Shown here in pieces: positions 1 to 10,742 of a stretch of DNA of 64,000 bases. Both the position numbers and the translations under genes were made by a program. The stretch covers positions 20,872 through 84,871 of the forward strand of contig JAJAPY010000008.1 of NCBI GenBank assembly GCA_020523885.1, given 5' to 3'. The stretch comes from Candidatus Liberimonas magnetica. Lineage in GTDB: Bacteria; Elusimicrobiota; Endomicrobiia; Endomicrobiales; JAFGIL01. The first letter of the stretch is position 1. Each line of letters begins with the position of its first letter. A model generated the notes under the pieces. It was not told the DNA's origin, ran no database searches, and saw only the letters and a program-made list of their open reading frames with translations.

Positions 1-75
1 CGAAATGACAGCAAATCTGCGAAATGACAGCAAATCTGCAAATGACAACAAATGTACGAAATGACAGGAAATGGG
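1..75. repeat. Four tandem ~19-bp repeats (CGAAATGACAGCAAATCTG-like), cut by the window edge
   Basis: Units at 1-19 and 20-38 are identical; 39-56 and 57-75 are diverged copies. Read directly. Confidence 0.8.
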
Positions 76-91
76 CAACATGAGAAAATAA

Positions 92-2713
92 ATGAAAAAT
101 TATTATATTGTTTCAACAATTATTTTAGCTTTCTTATACGGTGTTCTAATACCGTCCGGTGTATATGCCAGCGGTGACGGTGGGGCTCCGGGGTATATAC
201 TTTCAGAAGGTATCGGGGCACGCTCTCTAGGGATGGGGCGTAGCTTTACAGCAGTAAGTGATGATGTATCAGCTCTATTTTATAATCCGGCAGGGCTCTA
301 CCAGTTGCAACAAAAAGAAGCACAGTACATGTATATTAAACTTTTTGAAGATACAGGGTATAATGCTATAGGGTATGTGCACACGAACGGTTCGCCTTTG
401 ACTCTTGGAGCGGCTGTTACACAGCTGCAATCTGATAACTTTGTAAGCCGAGACGCACTTAACCTGCCGGGCCCTGCATTTTCCGATACTGAACTCACTA
501 TGCTGTTAGGCGGGTGTTATGAGATAACCGATAAATTGGGCATAGGCACGGCGGTAAAATCTATTGATAAAAAAATGGAAACGCTGCACAACTCCGCTAT
601 TGATTGTGATGCGGGTGTATTATACAAACCTATGAAAAATCTATCCTTTGGTTTTGATTTACAAAACCTCTTAGGTGCGTCATTTCAGCAGGATGATAAA
701 CTGCCGCTCACGTCAAGATTGGGTACAGCGCTAAAACTGTTAAACGGGTCTTTAACGCTTGCTGCGGATTTTGAAGAATCCAGCCAAACTTCGCTAAGGG
801 TACATTCCGGAATGGAATATTCGTTTAAGAATTTATTTGCTGTCCGGGCCGGGTATGACGTTGATACCGTAACAACAGGCTTGGGGGCAAGGTTTAAAGA
901 TTATTATTTTGATTATGCGCTATATTCAAATACGAACCTTGGTTTAAGCCACAGAATGTCTATGGGCATAAAATTCGGGAAGGAGAAAAATGAACTTAAG
1001 AAAATATCAGAAAAACAGAGGCTGGCAAACGGGCTTAAGAAGACTATTAAAACATGCTTGGCAAAAGCCAGGAAATTTGTTGCGGATGAAAACTGGTATA
1101 ATGCAATAAATGAGGTTAGCAAGGTGTTAGAATTAGCACCCAATAATAAAGAAGCCCTGGAACTAAAACAGCAAGCAGAAAATATAAAAAACAAAAAAGG
1201 CAGTAAGATTAATATAGCCATAATAGATTTCGGCACGCGCAATGTTTCTTCCGCTGATGCTATGGTTGTATCCGACCTTCTCAGGTCTGAAATGGTAAAA
1301 AGAAATGTTTTTAATGTCCTTGAAAGAAGCAATATGGACATGATACTTAGTGAACAAAAATTTCAGAATTCAGGTTGTACAGAACAGGCTTGTGCTGTAA
1401 CGCTCGGGAAGATATTAAACGTGCATAAGGTTATTATGGGCACTGTGTCTAAGCTTTTGGATGCTTATTACATAGTGGCTAATGTAGTTGATGTTGAGAC
1501 CGGCGCGATTACTTTATCGGAAAAAGAAAAAGCGCGGAGCGCCGATGAGATATCCAGCGCATGCCGGAAAATAGCGCGCAAAATAGAAGCCGGCCTGTTG
1601 CCCCAGCAGGGTAAAGCTGTAAACCAGGAAATGTTTTTAGCCGAGAACTATCCGGTTAAAATAAAAGTGATGAAGGACGTGCCGTCAGCCATATACGGGC
1701 TCTTGGAAAATTATAATGCTGCACCGATATCGGTTTCAATTGAGAATAATACGGAGTTTGAAGCCAGGTTTAAAATAATATACAGGTATGAGCCAAAGAC
1801 TCAGGAACAAATATCTTCTGTTAACATAGAACCGGGCGATATAGCTGATGTTAATCTATACCCGCAATTACCGTCCCAGGTTATATCCGGCATAAAAAAA
1901 CAGGAAAGCCAGTTAGTGCGGGTAAGCCTGTATTATATTGATTCAAAGGGCACTGCAATAAAACTAAGGGATGATTTTACGGATTATGTAACGCTTTACC
2001 CGTACAACCAGTTCTTTACCAGCGTCTACACCGCCCTGGGAAATGAAGTCCCTGTAATAGAAACGCTTGTTGCCTGGGTTACTTATAATGACCCGGCGTT
2101 GAATGAAGTTTTACTAAAAGCAAGCAAACGCGGAGCTGAACTTAAGCCGCAGGTAAAAATTGTCGGCGGGCAGGACCCGAGGATATTCTTAAGGGCTGCT
2201 GACCAGCTGGATAAAGATTTCCTGCATCAGATAGAGCTTATATATAACACGTTAAAAGAAGATTATAAGATAGACTATTTGAATAACCCTATCGTCTCGG
2301 ATACAGGTAAACTGTTAAAAACGCAGAGAGTAAAATTTCCCAGTGAAACCCTGAAATTTAAGGGAAATTGTATTGATTTGGCGGTACTATTTGCAACAAT
2401 ACTTGAAAGTATTGAAATTAACCCGGTTATAGTCCTGCTTCCCAATGACGGCCATTGTGTGGTAGGGTGGGAAGTTCCGGGTACTGATAAATATATGTAT
2501 CATCTGCTTGAAACAAATAACTTTGGCCAGGATTTTTATAAGGTATTGAACAATGGTAAAGTATGGGTGGATAAATACGGCTTGACGGACAAATTCAACT
2601 CCGGCATAGACTTTGACAAGAAAGGGATTTACAAGCAGAACAATGATGTTATAATTTTCAATATTAAGAAGATCAGAAAATTTGTCCCTCCTTCCAGCTG
2701 CATTGTAGAATAA
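92..2713 (+). CDS. Large multidomain envelope protein: signal peptide, PorV/FadL-like beta-barrel N-domain, TPR-like linker, CsgG/LpoB-like domain, C-terminal transglutaminase-like Cys/His core
   Basis: 873-aa ORF. GARSLGMGRSFTAVSDDVSALFYNPAGL barrel signature. NVFNVLERSNMDMILSEQKFQNSG resembles CsgG/LpoB. GNCIDLAVLFATILE...DGHCVVGWE is transglutaminase-like. Confidence 0.6.
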   Translation: MKNYYIVSTIILAFLYGVLIPSGVYASGDGGAPGYILSEGIGARSLGMGRSFTAVSDDVSALFYNPAGLYQLQQKEAQYMYIKLFEDTGYNAIGYVHTNGSPLTLGAAVTQLQSDNFVSRDALNLPGPAFSDTELTMLLGGCYEITDKLGIGTAVKSIDKKMETLHNSAIDCDAGVLYKPMKNLSFGFDLQNLLGASFQQDDKLPLTSRLGTALKLLNGSLTLAADFEESSQTSLRVHSGMEYSFKNLFAVRAGYDVDTVTTGLGARFKDYYFDYALYSNTNLGLSHRMSMGIKFGKEKNELKKISEKQRLANGLKKTIKTCLAKARKFVADENWYNAINEVSKVLELAPNNKEALELKQQAENIKNKKGSKINIAIIDFGTRNVSSADAMVVSDLLRSEMVKRNVFNVLERSNMDMILSEQKFQNSGCTEQACAVTLGKILNVHKVIMGTVSKLLDAYYIVANVVDVETGAITLSEKEKARSADEISSACRKIARKIEAGLLPQQGKAVNQEMFLAENYPVKIKVMKDVPSAIYGLLENYNAAPISVSIENNTEFEARFKIIYRYEPKTQEQISSVNIEPGDIADVNLYPQLPSQVISGIKKQESQLVRVSLYYIDSKGTAIKLRDDFTDYVTLYPYNQFFTSVYTALGNEVPVIETLVAWVTYNDPALNEVLLKASKRGAELKPQVKIVGGQDPRIFLRAADQLDKDFLHQIELIYNTLKEDYKIDYLNNPIVSDTGKLLKTQRVKFPSETLKFKGNCIDLAVLFATILESIEINPVIVLLPNDGHCVVGWEVPGTDKYMYHLLETNNFGQDFYKVLNNGKVWVDKYGLTDKFNSGIDFDKKGIYKQNNDVIIFNIKKIRKFVPPSSCIVE

Positions 2714-2961
2714 AAACCTGAATCTGATAAATTAAACCCTTATTTTAGTAGTGTAATGTTATCAATAGATCTTTATATTTGATTGTCCTTTCGGCCAAAG
2801 GGAGAAATCTTGATTTTTCAAATATATAAAAGATTTCTCCTCATCCCGACTTGGCGGGATTCGTCGAAATGACAACATCAAGATATATTATCCAACTGTA
2901 AAGGAATTTCTGAAACATAACGCTATATTATTTCCTGGATAATTTTGTCTTATATAAAAAC

Positions 2962-2990
2962 TTGCGTCTTATATTCTATTCTGGTATAAT
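2962..2990 (+). promoter_or_regulatory. Sigma70-like promoter, TTGCGT-17-TATAAT
   Basis: -35 at 2962-2967 and -10 at 2985-2990, upstream of the AI-2E transporter gene. Confidence 0.45.
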
Positions 2991-3017
2991 TCATTAGGGA
3001 GTTAAGAAATATCGGAG

Positions 3018-4181
3018 GTGCAGCAATTTATGGAAGCAGATGACAAAAAATCATGTTTGCCTGATACTGATAGAAGGCAAAAGGATATGCTTAGCAAAGA
3101 AAGGTTCAGCAAGTATTTTCTTTTAGGTGTATTTATCATTTCTTTGTTGATTTTTTTGTATATAATTAAAATATTTATTTTAGATATAACTCTTGCAGTA
3201 GTTTTAGCCACTTTTTTTTATCCTTTATTCAAAAACATTCTTCGTATTTTTAGAAATAAGCATGGGATCAGCGCTCTGTTAACATGCGTAATAATATTGC
3301 TTGTATTCTTGATACCATTAGTTATCATTTCAAATATAATAGTAATTCAAAGTAAAGAGTTTTATCATTTGTCCGCTCCTCAGATAAAAGAAATAATAGA
3401 ACGCAAGGTGGCTTTTTTTGCCAGGCTGCAGGAATCTGCTGTCGGGGATTTACTGTCGGATTATGGCTTCGATTGGCAGAATGAGCTAAATGACGTGATG
3501 AAGTTTATAGGCACACACATCGCTACTGTCGTAAATAAGACATCACAAAAAGCTTTCAAGATAATATTTGATCTATTTATAATCCTATTTGCCACATTTT
3601 ATTTTTTAAAAGACGGGCAAAGGATCCTGGTCAGGATAAAGAACAGCATACCGTTAAATGATGAGTACAAGGAAAATATTATTTCGAAGTTTTCATCTGT
3701 GTTGGATGCAACAGTTAAAGGTGTTTTTTTTATAGCCATATTGCAGAGTTCTTTGGCTACAGTAACCCTTTGGGCTTTCGGGATAAAAGCCTGGCTGTTA
3801 TGGGGAGGTGTGATGCTTGTGCTTTCCACCATACCTTTTGTGGGTACGGGTTTTGTACTGGTTCCTACCGGTATAATAAAAATAGTAAACGGCGATATAG
3901 GTTCCGGGATAGCTATTATCATAATAAGCTTATTTTTTATCTCATTGATAGATAATTTCATCAGGCCCCGTATAGTCGGCCATTATGCGGGAATGCACGA
4001 CCTGGTGACTTTTTTTGGCATAGTAGGGGGTATCAGCGTATTCGGCCCTGTCGGGATTATTATAGGCCCGATTATAATCGCGATATTTGTCACGATACTT
4101 GAAATATACAATATTGAATTTTATGAACATATAAATTACTCCAAGCGTAAAACAAACAAAAACGAAATCATTCCAAAATAA
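3018..4181 (+). CDS. AI-2E family transporter (PerM/UPF0118-like permease)
   Basis: Polytopic membrane ORF with the FATFYFLKDG motif typical of the family. The start may be the internal Met at 3087. Confidence 0.75.
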   Translation: MQQFMEADDKKSCLPDTDRRQKDMLSKERFSKYFLLGVFIISLLIFLYIIKIFILDITLAVVLATFFYPLFKNILRIFRNKHGISALLTCVIILLVFLIPLVIISNIIVIQSKEFYHLSAPQIKEIIERKVAFFARLQESAVGDLLSDYGFDWQNELNDVMKFIGTHIATVVNKTSQKAFKIIFDLFIILFATFYFLKDGQRILVRIKNSIPLNDEYKENIISKFSSVLDATVKGVFFIAILQSSLATVTLWAFGIKAWLLWGGVMLVLSTIPFVGTGFVLVPTGIIKIVNGDIGSGIAIIIISLFFISLIDNFIRPRIVGHYAGMHDLVTFFGIVGGISVFGPVGIIIGPIIIAIFVTILEIYNIEFYEHINYSKRKTNKNEIIPK

Positions 4182-4323
4182 TTGGAGTAAAAACTCTCCT
4201 GCCTTATGATATTCCCCAAAATTCTTTGATAGTATTGTTTTGTTGTTCTGCCTGCGGTTTATCACGTTTTCTATTTGAATTTTAAATCATTTTTTTGTAA
4301 AATCACCTACCTGGGAGTTACGT

Positions 4324-5304
4324 ATGGACGCATGGGAAAAATTCAAAATAGCAATAAAAAAAGACGGCCTTGTGAATGAAGGAGACAGGATAATTTTAGC
4401 TGTCTCAGGCGGGCCGGATTCTGTTTGTCTGACGCACCTTTTCTGGAGGCTGGCAAAGGCCCTGGATTTAGAACTGGTGATCGTTTATTTTGACCACGGC
4501 TTGAGAGTACAGGCAAAGAAAGAAATATTTTTTATTAAAAAGTTAGGCGGAAAACTAAATATACCGGTACAAGTCCGGGTATTGAAAGTAAAAGAACATT
4601 CAAGCCAAAATAAAGTATCTATAGAGACCGCAGGCAGGGATCTGCGTTATCAGGAACTGGATAATGTCGCAAAGGAATTGAAGTTCAATAAAATCGTGAC
4701 AGGGCACAATGCAAATGACAATGCGGAAACTGTCCTTATGTGGCTGATCCGGGGGACCGGGGCAGAGGGACTCTCAGGTATACCTCCCAAGCGCAAAACA
4801 AAAGGGAACATTGAGGTTATCAGGCCGATTTTATCTGTAACAAGAAAAGAGATATTAACTTATCTCAAACGCCAGAAGATGTTTTTTTGCATAGACCGTT
4901 CAAATTTTGACATTGACTATACAAGAAATAAGATAAGGCACGAGCTTATCCCAATGTTAAACAAATATAATAGTAACGTAGTAGAGCATCTTTATAATCT
5001 TTCAAGAATAGTTTCCCGTGAAAATACGTATTTAAATATGCTTTCACAAAAGGCGCAAAAGAATCTGGTTTCGGTATCAAAAAACAAAATCTCACTTGAT
5101 TTAAAAGGATTTTTTGGATATAATAAGGCAATACAAAATCGAATTATAAAAAATATTTTGCCGCAGAAACGGTCGCAACTCCAAATTGAACGTTTAATGG
5201 ATTTTTTGTCCGCCCCTCATAAAAAAAATATTCATTTTTCCAGTAATTGGGAAATAGAGAAGTCCCCCGGGAAACTGGTAATAAAAAAGTTAGTGCAGGC
5301 ATAA
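4324..5304 (+). CDS. tilS: tRNA(Ile)-lysidine synthetase
   Basis: PP-loop SGGPDS (LAVSGGPDSVCL). Conserved tilS-hpt-ftsH order. Confidence 0.9.
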   Translation: MDAWEKFKIAIKKDGLVNEGDRIILAVSGGPDSVCLTHLFWRLAKALDLELVIVYFDHGLRVQAKKEIFFIKKLGGKLNIPVQVRVLKVKEHSSQNKVSIETAGRDLRYQELDNVAKELKFNKIVTGHNANDNAETVLMWLIRGTGAEGLSGIPPKRKTKGNIEVIRPILSVTRKEILTYLKRQKMFFCIDRSNFDIDYTRNKIRHELIPMLNKYNSNVVEHLYNLSRIVSRENTYLNMLSQKAQKNLVSVSKNKISLDLKGFFGYNKAIQNRIIKNILPQKRSQLQIERLMDFLSAPHKKNIHFSSNWEIEKSPGKLVIKKLVQA

Positions 5305-5858
5305 TGGCGAAAAACAAGAGCATAGAAGTTCTTTTAACCGCAGCACAAATCAAAAAAAGAGTAAAACTCCTTGCCAAAGAAATCTCGAGAGATTACAAAG
5401 GCGCAAAATTAACCGTAGTTCCGATACTTAAAGGAAGTATTTTATTTTTTTCTGACCTGTTAAGGAATCTGAAAGTTGATTGTGTGATAGATTTTATTTC
5501 GGTCTCTTCGTATAAAGCCGACAGATCAAAAGGCATAGTCAGGCTGTTAATGGATTTAAGGCAAAGCCCGCAAAATAAACATATATTGATCGTAGAAGAT
5601 ATAGTCGATACAGGGTACACGCTGGATTATCTTTGTAAGAATTTAAAGCAGAGGCGGCCGCTTTCTGTCAGAACCTGCGTACTTCTTGATAAACCTTCTT
5701 TAAGAAAAGTGCCCGTAAAGATCGATTATAAAGGGTTTAAAGTGCCGGATAAATTCGTTGTAGGCTACGGGCTAGATTACAAAGAAAAATATAGAAATTT
5801 ACCTTTTATAGGAATATTAAGGGAAATTAATTCGGAGGTTGTTAATAATGAAAGATAA
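5304..5858 (+). CDS. hpt: Hypoxanthine phosphoribosyltransferase
   Basis: PRPP-binding ILIVEDIVDTGYTL. ATG at 5304 overlaps the tilS stop (TAATG). The track ORF from 5247 is an upstream extension. Confidence 0.9.
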   Translation: MAKNKSIEVLLTAAQIKKRVKLLAKEISRDYKGAKLTVVPILKGSILFFSDLLRNLKVDCVIDFISVSSYKADRSKGIVRLLMDLRQSPQNKHILIVEDIVDTGYTLDYLCKNLKQRRPLSVRTCVLLDKPSLRKVPVKIDYKGFKVPDKFVVGYGLDYKEKYRNLPFIGILREINSEVVNNER

Positions 5859-7791
5859 GAATCGTTTAGGCCTGGTTGTCTGGATAGTGATTTTCGGCAT
5901 TTTACTTTATTTTATCCAATCTGTACGGAAAATGAACCTTGAGCAGGAACTCCCTTACTCAACTTTCAAGAAGTATTTAAAATCGAACCAGGTGCTTGAA
6001 GTTACGGTCGCAAATGAAATGATCAAAGGCAAATTCAAAGCTCCGGACGGGAAAACCTTAAATTTTAAAACAATTCCGCTTAATGATCCGAAACTCGTAG
6101 AGGAACTTGAATCATATAATGTTTCGCAGTTTTCAGGCACTATAGAGCGCAACTGGCTCATGGCTCTTCTTCTTAACTGGGGCCCTATGATACTCTTGAT
6201 CGCTTTTTGGCTTTGGATGATGAAAGGGATGCAGAGCGGCGGAAGGCAGGTAATGTCTTTCGGCAGGAGCAAGGCAAAACTGCAATCGTCTAAAAATATG
6301 AAGATAACTTTTGCCGATGTCGCGGGCTGCGACGAGCCTAAAGAGGAGTTAAAAGAGATCATTGAATTCTTAAAAGACCCCGCAAAATTCCAGAAACTTG
6401 GCGGAAAAATACCCAAAGGTGTACTGGTATACGGCGCTCCGGGCACTGGAAAAACCCTTTTAGCTAAAGCTGTCGCAGGAGAAGCGGGTGTGCCGTTTTT
6501 TTCATCAAGCGGGTCTGAGTTCGTGGAGATGTTCGTAGGAGTCGGTGCGTCCCGTGTAAGAGACCTTTTTGACCAGGGAAGAAGGAGCGCTCCGTGTTTG
6601 CTTTTTATCGATGAAATAGATGCCGTAGGAAGGCACCGTTTTGCCGGCATAGGCGGCGGGCATGACGAAAGAGAACAGACGCTTAATCAGCTCTTAGTTG
6701 AAATGGACGGGTTTGATACGAAAGAAGGGGTTATTTTAATAGCGGCCACGAACAGGCCCGATGTGCTTGACCCTGCATTACTTCGGCCAGGCCGGTTTGA
6801 CAGGCATATAGCTGTTCCTACGCCTGATCTAAGAGGAAGGGAAGAAATATTGAACGTACATACCCGCACAGTCAAAGTTGCCAAGGAAGTTGACTTGAAG
6901 GTAATAGCAAGGCGCACTCCAGGTTTTGTAGGTGCCGACATAGCGAATTTAGTAAATGAGGCTGCGCTCCTTGCTGCAAGAAAGAACCGGCCCAGTGCCA
7001 TAATGGAGGATTTTGAAGAAGCTATCGATAGGGTATTAGCAGGGCCTCAAAGGAAATCAAGGTTTATATCTGATTACGAGAAAAAAATAATAGCTTATCA
7101 TGAATCAGGCCATACGCTTGTAGCAAAGTTCACCCCGGGGGCTGACCCTGTTCATAAGGTCTCTATCATTTCAAGAGGCCCGGCTTTAGGCTACACTTTA
7201 CAGCTCCCGCTGGAAGACAGGTACCTGACCACCAAGAAAGAGATACTTTCAAGGCTTGCGGTTTTCCTCGGAGGCCGCGCTGCTGAACAGATGATGTTCA
7301 AGGAAATAACCACCGGTGCTCAAAACGACCTATCCAAGGCGACTGAAATGGCGATGAGAATGGTAGTAGAGTTCGGCATGAGCGATAAAATAGGCCCGGT
7401 GTCGCTTAAAAGACCGAATGAAGAAATATTCCTGGGCCGCGACATTTCGCGCGAGCCAAGGTTTTCAGATAAAACCTCGGAGATAATAGATGAAGAAGTA
7501 AAACGCATAGTTGAAGAGGCGGAAAAGCGGGCTGAAGACATATTAAAAAAACATAAAGATAAACTGCAGGCACTTGCAGAAAGGCTCATAGAAAAAGAGA
7601 TCCTGGACGGAGAAGAAGTCGAGCTCCTGGTAAACGGAAAAACAGAAAAAGCCGAAAAACAGGAGAAAACAGAAAAACCCGAGAATATCGACAAAGCCGA
7701 AAAACCCGAGCAAAAAAAGGAAGCCGTAAAAGAAGATAAAACTAAAAATATAAAGCAGGACGATAATACAACAGGAGACCTGTTCGGATAA
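5848..7791 (+). CDS. ftsH: ATP-dependent zinc metalloprotease FtsH with Lys/Glu-rich C-terminal tail
   Basis: Walker [17 protein letters not shown] zinc motif, and a repetitive [25 protein letters not shown] tail. Confidence 0.95.
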   Translation: MKDKNRLGLVVWIVIFGILLYFIQSVRKMNLEQELPYSTFKKYLKSNQVLEVTVANEMIKGKFKAPDGKTLNFKTIPLNDPKLVEELESYNVSQFSGTIERNWLMALLLNWGPMILLIAFWLWMMKGMQSGGRQVMSFGRSKAKLQSSKNMKITFADVAGCDEPKEELKEIIEFLKDPAKFQKLGGKIPKGVLVYGAPGTGKTLLAKAVAGEAGVPFFSSSGSEFVEMFVGVGASRVRDLFDQGRRSAPCLLFIDEIDAVGRHRFAGIGGGHDEREQTLNQLLVEMDGFDTKEGVILIAATNRPDVLDPALLRPGRFDRHIAVPTPDLRGREEILNVHTRTVKVAKEVDLKVIARRTPGFVGADIANLVNEAALLAARKNRPSAIMEDFEEAIDRVLAGPQRKSRFISDYEKKIIAYHESGHTLVAKFTPGADPVHKVSIISRGPALGYTLQLPLEDRYLTTKKEILSRLAVFLGGRAAEQMMFKEITTGAQNDLSKATEMAMRMVVEFGMSDKIGPVSLKRPNEEIFLGRDISREPRFSDKTSEIIDEEVKRIVEEAEKRAEDILKKHKDKLQALAERLIEKEILDGEEVELLVNGKTEKAEKQEKTEKPENIDKAEKPEQKKEAVKEDKTKNIKQDDNTTGDLFG

Positions 7792-7799
7792 AAAAATCA

Positions 7800-7935
7800 T
7801 TGAAAAATGAAAAATTCAAAATTAATGTGCCCACTCCGGCGGATTTATTTAAAATAATCCCGCAAAGCGGGATACAACAATTTTGCATTTTACAATTTTC
7901 ATTTTTCATTTAAGTTAGGTCGCTTTTGGCGATAT
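7800..7935. repeat. Structured ~140-150 nt intergenic element, copy 1 of 3
   Basis: Shares AAAATGAAAAATTCAAAATTAA...ATCCCGC-N4-GCGGGAT...AATTTTGCATTTTACAATTTTCATTT...AAGTTAGG with 28572-28722 and 29414-29563. Confidence 0.8.
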
Positions 7936-7938
7936 AGT

Positions 7939-8511
7939 TTGCGGGAGTTAACCTTGAATAAAAAGAAAGCTGAAAAGGCTATTTCACTGCTTCTCGAAGC
8001 GTTCGGAGAAGATATAAACAGGGAAGGTTTAAAGAATACTCCCTGCCGGGTCGCAGAATTTTATGAAGATGCCCTTTCGGGGATGAAGCTCAAACCTGCC
8101 GACGTCCTGAGCGTGTACTATGAAAAAGAAGGGCATGAGGAAATAGTTTTGGTCAAGGACATCCCTTTTTATTCTTTATGCGAACACCACCTGCTCCCTT
8201 TTTTCGGGAAAGTACATGTTGCTTATATACCTAAGAAAGACCGCCTTTTAGGTGTGTCAAAACTCGTTCGTGTAGTCGATATGTTCTCAAAGAGGCTGCA
8301 GCTTCAGGAGAGGATGACCAAGCATATCGCCGATACGATAATGCAGATAGCAAAGCCTTACGGGGCTATGGCGGTAATAGAAGCTGAACATTTATGCCTG
8401 ACCATGAGGGGAGTAAAAAAGCCCGGCTCAAAAATGATAACCTCTGCGATGAGAGGCATCTTTTTAAAGGACGCGAGGACAAGAAGCGAAGCTATGGCGC
8501 TTTTAAGATAG
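7939..8511 (+). CDS. folE: GTP cyclohydrolase I
   Basis: LCEHHLLPFFGKVHVAYIP motif. Non-ATG start (TTG at 7939, or TTG at 7954 behind a GGGAG RBS). Confidence 0.9.
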   Translation: MRELTLNKKKAEKAISLLLEAFGEDINREGLKNTPCRVAEFYEDALSGMKLKPADVLSVYYEKEGHEEIVLVKDIPFYSLCEHHLLPFFGKVHVAYIPKKDRLLGVSKLVRVVDMFSKRLQLQERMTKHIADTIMQIAKPYGAMAVIEAEHLCLTMRGVKKPGSKMITSAMRGIFLKDARTRSEAMALLR

Positions 8512-8523
8512 AGGGATTTCCGG

Positions 8524-9726
8524 TTGAAAGCCAGAATAATAGAGATCAATAAAGAATCAGATGCGATAGAAAGAATAAAAGATACCGGTGCAGATTTGAG
8601 TTCTTTGAAACTTATGTCTTCTAAAACGTTGTTCAGGAATATCCTTTTAGAAAAGATAGACAACAGAGCTGCGAATTTAATCAAGCAGGAGATACTTTCT
8701 CTCGGAGGGGATGCCGCTGTAAACTGGCAGGTCAGCAGGTTTTCTAAAGGGGTTTCCGATGTCTTATTGATGGCAACGGAAAAACAGTTAAATTCTCTCA
8801 TTAAAAAGTTTGAGAAACAGCCTTTCGGGTTAAAATTGCTGGCTAAAGAGATAGGGGCCGTTATCCTAAACTACAAAAAAGAGGAGTTTCGCTCAGGGGG
8901 CATAAATATCTCTAGACAAGGCCCTCTTGTCATGGGGATACTTAATGTAACTCCGGATTCTTTTTCCGACGGGGACATATATTTCGATGTAGAAACCGCA
9001 CTAGAACACGGCCTTGATATGGTAAAAGAAGGCGCAGGGATAATTGATATCGGCGGCCAGTCAACAAGGCCCGGGTCAAAGCCCGTCAGCGCAAAAGAAG
9101 AGATAAGAAGAATAGTGCCTGTAATAAAAAAGCTGGCCAAAAAGATAAGGATACCTATTTCCGTTGATACATACAAGCCTGAAGTCGCACAAGCAGCGAT
9201 AGATTCCGGCGTAAGAATGATAAACGATATTACCGGTTTAAGATATAAAAACGGGCTTATGGCAAAAGTTGCCGCCAGGAACAAACTTCCTGTTATCATA
9301 ATGCACATGCAGGGAAACCCCTCCAATATGCAGGATAACCCGAAGTATAATGATGTGGTAGCAGATATAGCTGATTTTTTTGACAAAAGGATAGATTTTG
9401 CGGTGGAGAGTGGAATAAAAAGCGATAATATTCTCCTTGACCCGGGTATTGGTTTTGGAAAGACCCCGGATCATAACCTTCAAATATTAAAAAGGCTAAG
9501 AGAATTTACTTCTTTTGGAAAACCTCTTGTTGTGGGGACTTCCTTGAAAGCTTTTATTGGAAAAATCCTTGGCGGGATACCCGCAGGAGAAAGGCTGTCC
9601 GGAAGCCTGGCAAGTTTTGTCTGGGCGAGCTTGAACGGTGCAGGTATTTTAAGAGTGCATAACGTAAAAGAAGCAGTTCAAGCTTTAAAAGTTATTAAAG
9701 CAATTAACGAATTACAAACAAAATAA
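8524..9726 (+). CDS. folP: Dihydropteroate synthase with ~130-aa N-terminal extension
   Basis: Pterin-binding core (GILNVTPDSFSDG, GAGIIDIGGQSTRPG) begins near aa 135. The N-terminal segment is unassigned. Confidence 0.85.
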   Translation: MKARIIEINKESDAIERIKDTGADLSSLKLMSSKTLFRNILLEKIDNRAANLIKQEILSLGGDAAVNWQVSRFSKGVSDVLLMATEKQLNSLIKKFEKQPFGLKLLAKEIGAVILNYKKEEFRSGGINISRQGPLVMGILNVTPDSFSDGDIYFDVETALEHGLDMVKEGAGIIDIGGQSTRPGSKPVSAKEEIRRIVPVIKKLAKKIRIPISVDTYKPEVAQAAIDSGVRMINDITGLRYKNGLMAKVAARNKLPVIIMHMQGNPSNMQDNPKYNDVVADIADFFDKRIDFAVESGIKSDNILLDPGIGFGKTPDHNLQILKRLREFTSFGKPLVVGTSLKAFIGKILGGIPAGERLSGSLASFVWASLNGAGILRVHNVKEAVQALKVIKAINELQTK

Positions 9727-9834
9727 TGAAAAATATAAAATGAGTGTATTTGAAATTTTGGATTTGTTCGGCCGGGATTTGACGTTTTGGGATTTTGTCA
9801 TTGTTTTGTTGGGATTTATTCAGCGGAGCTAACA

Positions 9835-10614
9835 ATGGAACTGATCAGGTTTTTGTGGTTGAATTATGTGGTAAACATTATCGATATACTGATGGTAGCC
9901 TATATATTTTACAGGCTTCTTCTGATTATAAAAGGCACAAGAGCTGTCCAGATCGTAGTCGGAATACTCATATTGGCTGTTGTAACGGTGCTCGCAAAAG
10001 AGGTTTTAGGCCTTAAGGCCTTAGGCTGGCTCCTGGACAAGTTCTGGCTGGGTGCTGTTGTAATACTTGTCGTGGTTTTTCAGCCTGAGATACGTTCGGC
10101 TCTTGCGCTGCTCGGCAGCCACAGATGGGGAAGGATACTGATATCAAAAGAATTGAGTTTTATTGAAGAAATAATTGAAGCCATAAAAGACTGCAGCAAG
10201 AAACAAATAGGAGCGCTGATAGTCTTAGAACAGGACGTAGGATTAAAAACCTATATAGAAACAGGGATATTCATAAATGCGCAGGTCAGTAAAGAGCTTA
10301 TAACTACTATTTTTAACCCGAAATCTGCCATGCATGACGGAGCCCTGGTACTGCGAAACGAACATTTGATAGCTGCCAGATGTATACTCCCGTTAAGCCA
10401 TGAACCGATAGTTTCTATCCTCGGCACGAGGCACAGGGCAGCTATAGGGCTTAGCGAGATATCTGATTCAATAATAATCGTGGTCTCTGAAGAGACCGGC
10501 AAGGTCTCCACAGCGTACAAAGGAAGGCTTGAGTCGGATATTGACCCGGAAGACTTGAGAAAGAGGCTGATAGCATTATACAGAAAACGCGGAGAAAGCG
10601 TTTTGTTCGGCTAG
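9835..10614 (+). CDS. cdaA: Diadenylate cyclase (c-di-AMP synthase)
   Basis: TM N-terminus plus DAC domain (HDGALVL, GTRHRAAIGLSE, VSEETG). ATG at 9835 behind a GGAG RBS. Confidence 0.9.
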   Translation: MELIRFLWLNYVVNIIDILMVAYIFYRLLLIIKGTRAVQIVVGILILAVVTVLAKEVLGLKALGWLLDKFWLGAVVILVVVFQPEIRSALALLGSHRWGRILISKELSFIEEIIEAIKDCSKKQIGALIVLEQDVGLKTYIETGIFINAQVSKELITTIFNPKSAMHDGALVLRNEHLIAARCILPLSHEPIVSILGTRHRAAIGLSEISDSIIIVVSEETGKVSTAYKGRLESDIDPEDLRKRLIALYRKRGESVLFG

Positions 10615-10640
10615 CGCAGCGTACCGTAACAGAGGATCTT

Positions 10641-10742
10641 ATGGGAAATATATTAAGAAAGATAAAAGAGAATTGGCAGTTGAAATTAATAGCATTGTTC
10701 CTGGCATTGATACTGTGGTTTATTTTAAATAATGTAAGGTAA
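10641..10742 (+). CDS. 33-aa CdaR/YbbR-like N-terminal TM anchor only (mini-ORF or gene remnant)
   Basis: MGNILRKIKENWQLKLIALFLALILWFILNNVR matches the CdaR leader/TM pattern. It sits directly downstream of cdaA and is followed by a hairpin, GGGTCTTTCAAGACCC. Confidence 0.4.
   Translation: MGNILRKIKENWQLKLIALFLALILWFILNNVR

Noticed and set aside
5955-7800. Long antisense ORFs inside ftsH (231, 104, 124 and 85 aa), and similar antisense ORFs inside glmS, dnaE, the histidine kinase, metG and others.
   Set aside because: They lie opposite strongly supported conserved genes, their products have biased composition, and they lack RBSs. They are typical shadow ORFs.
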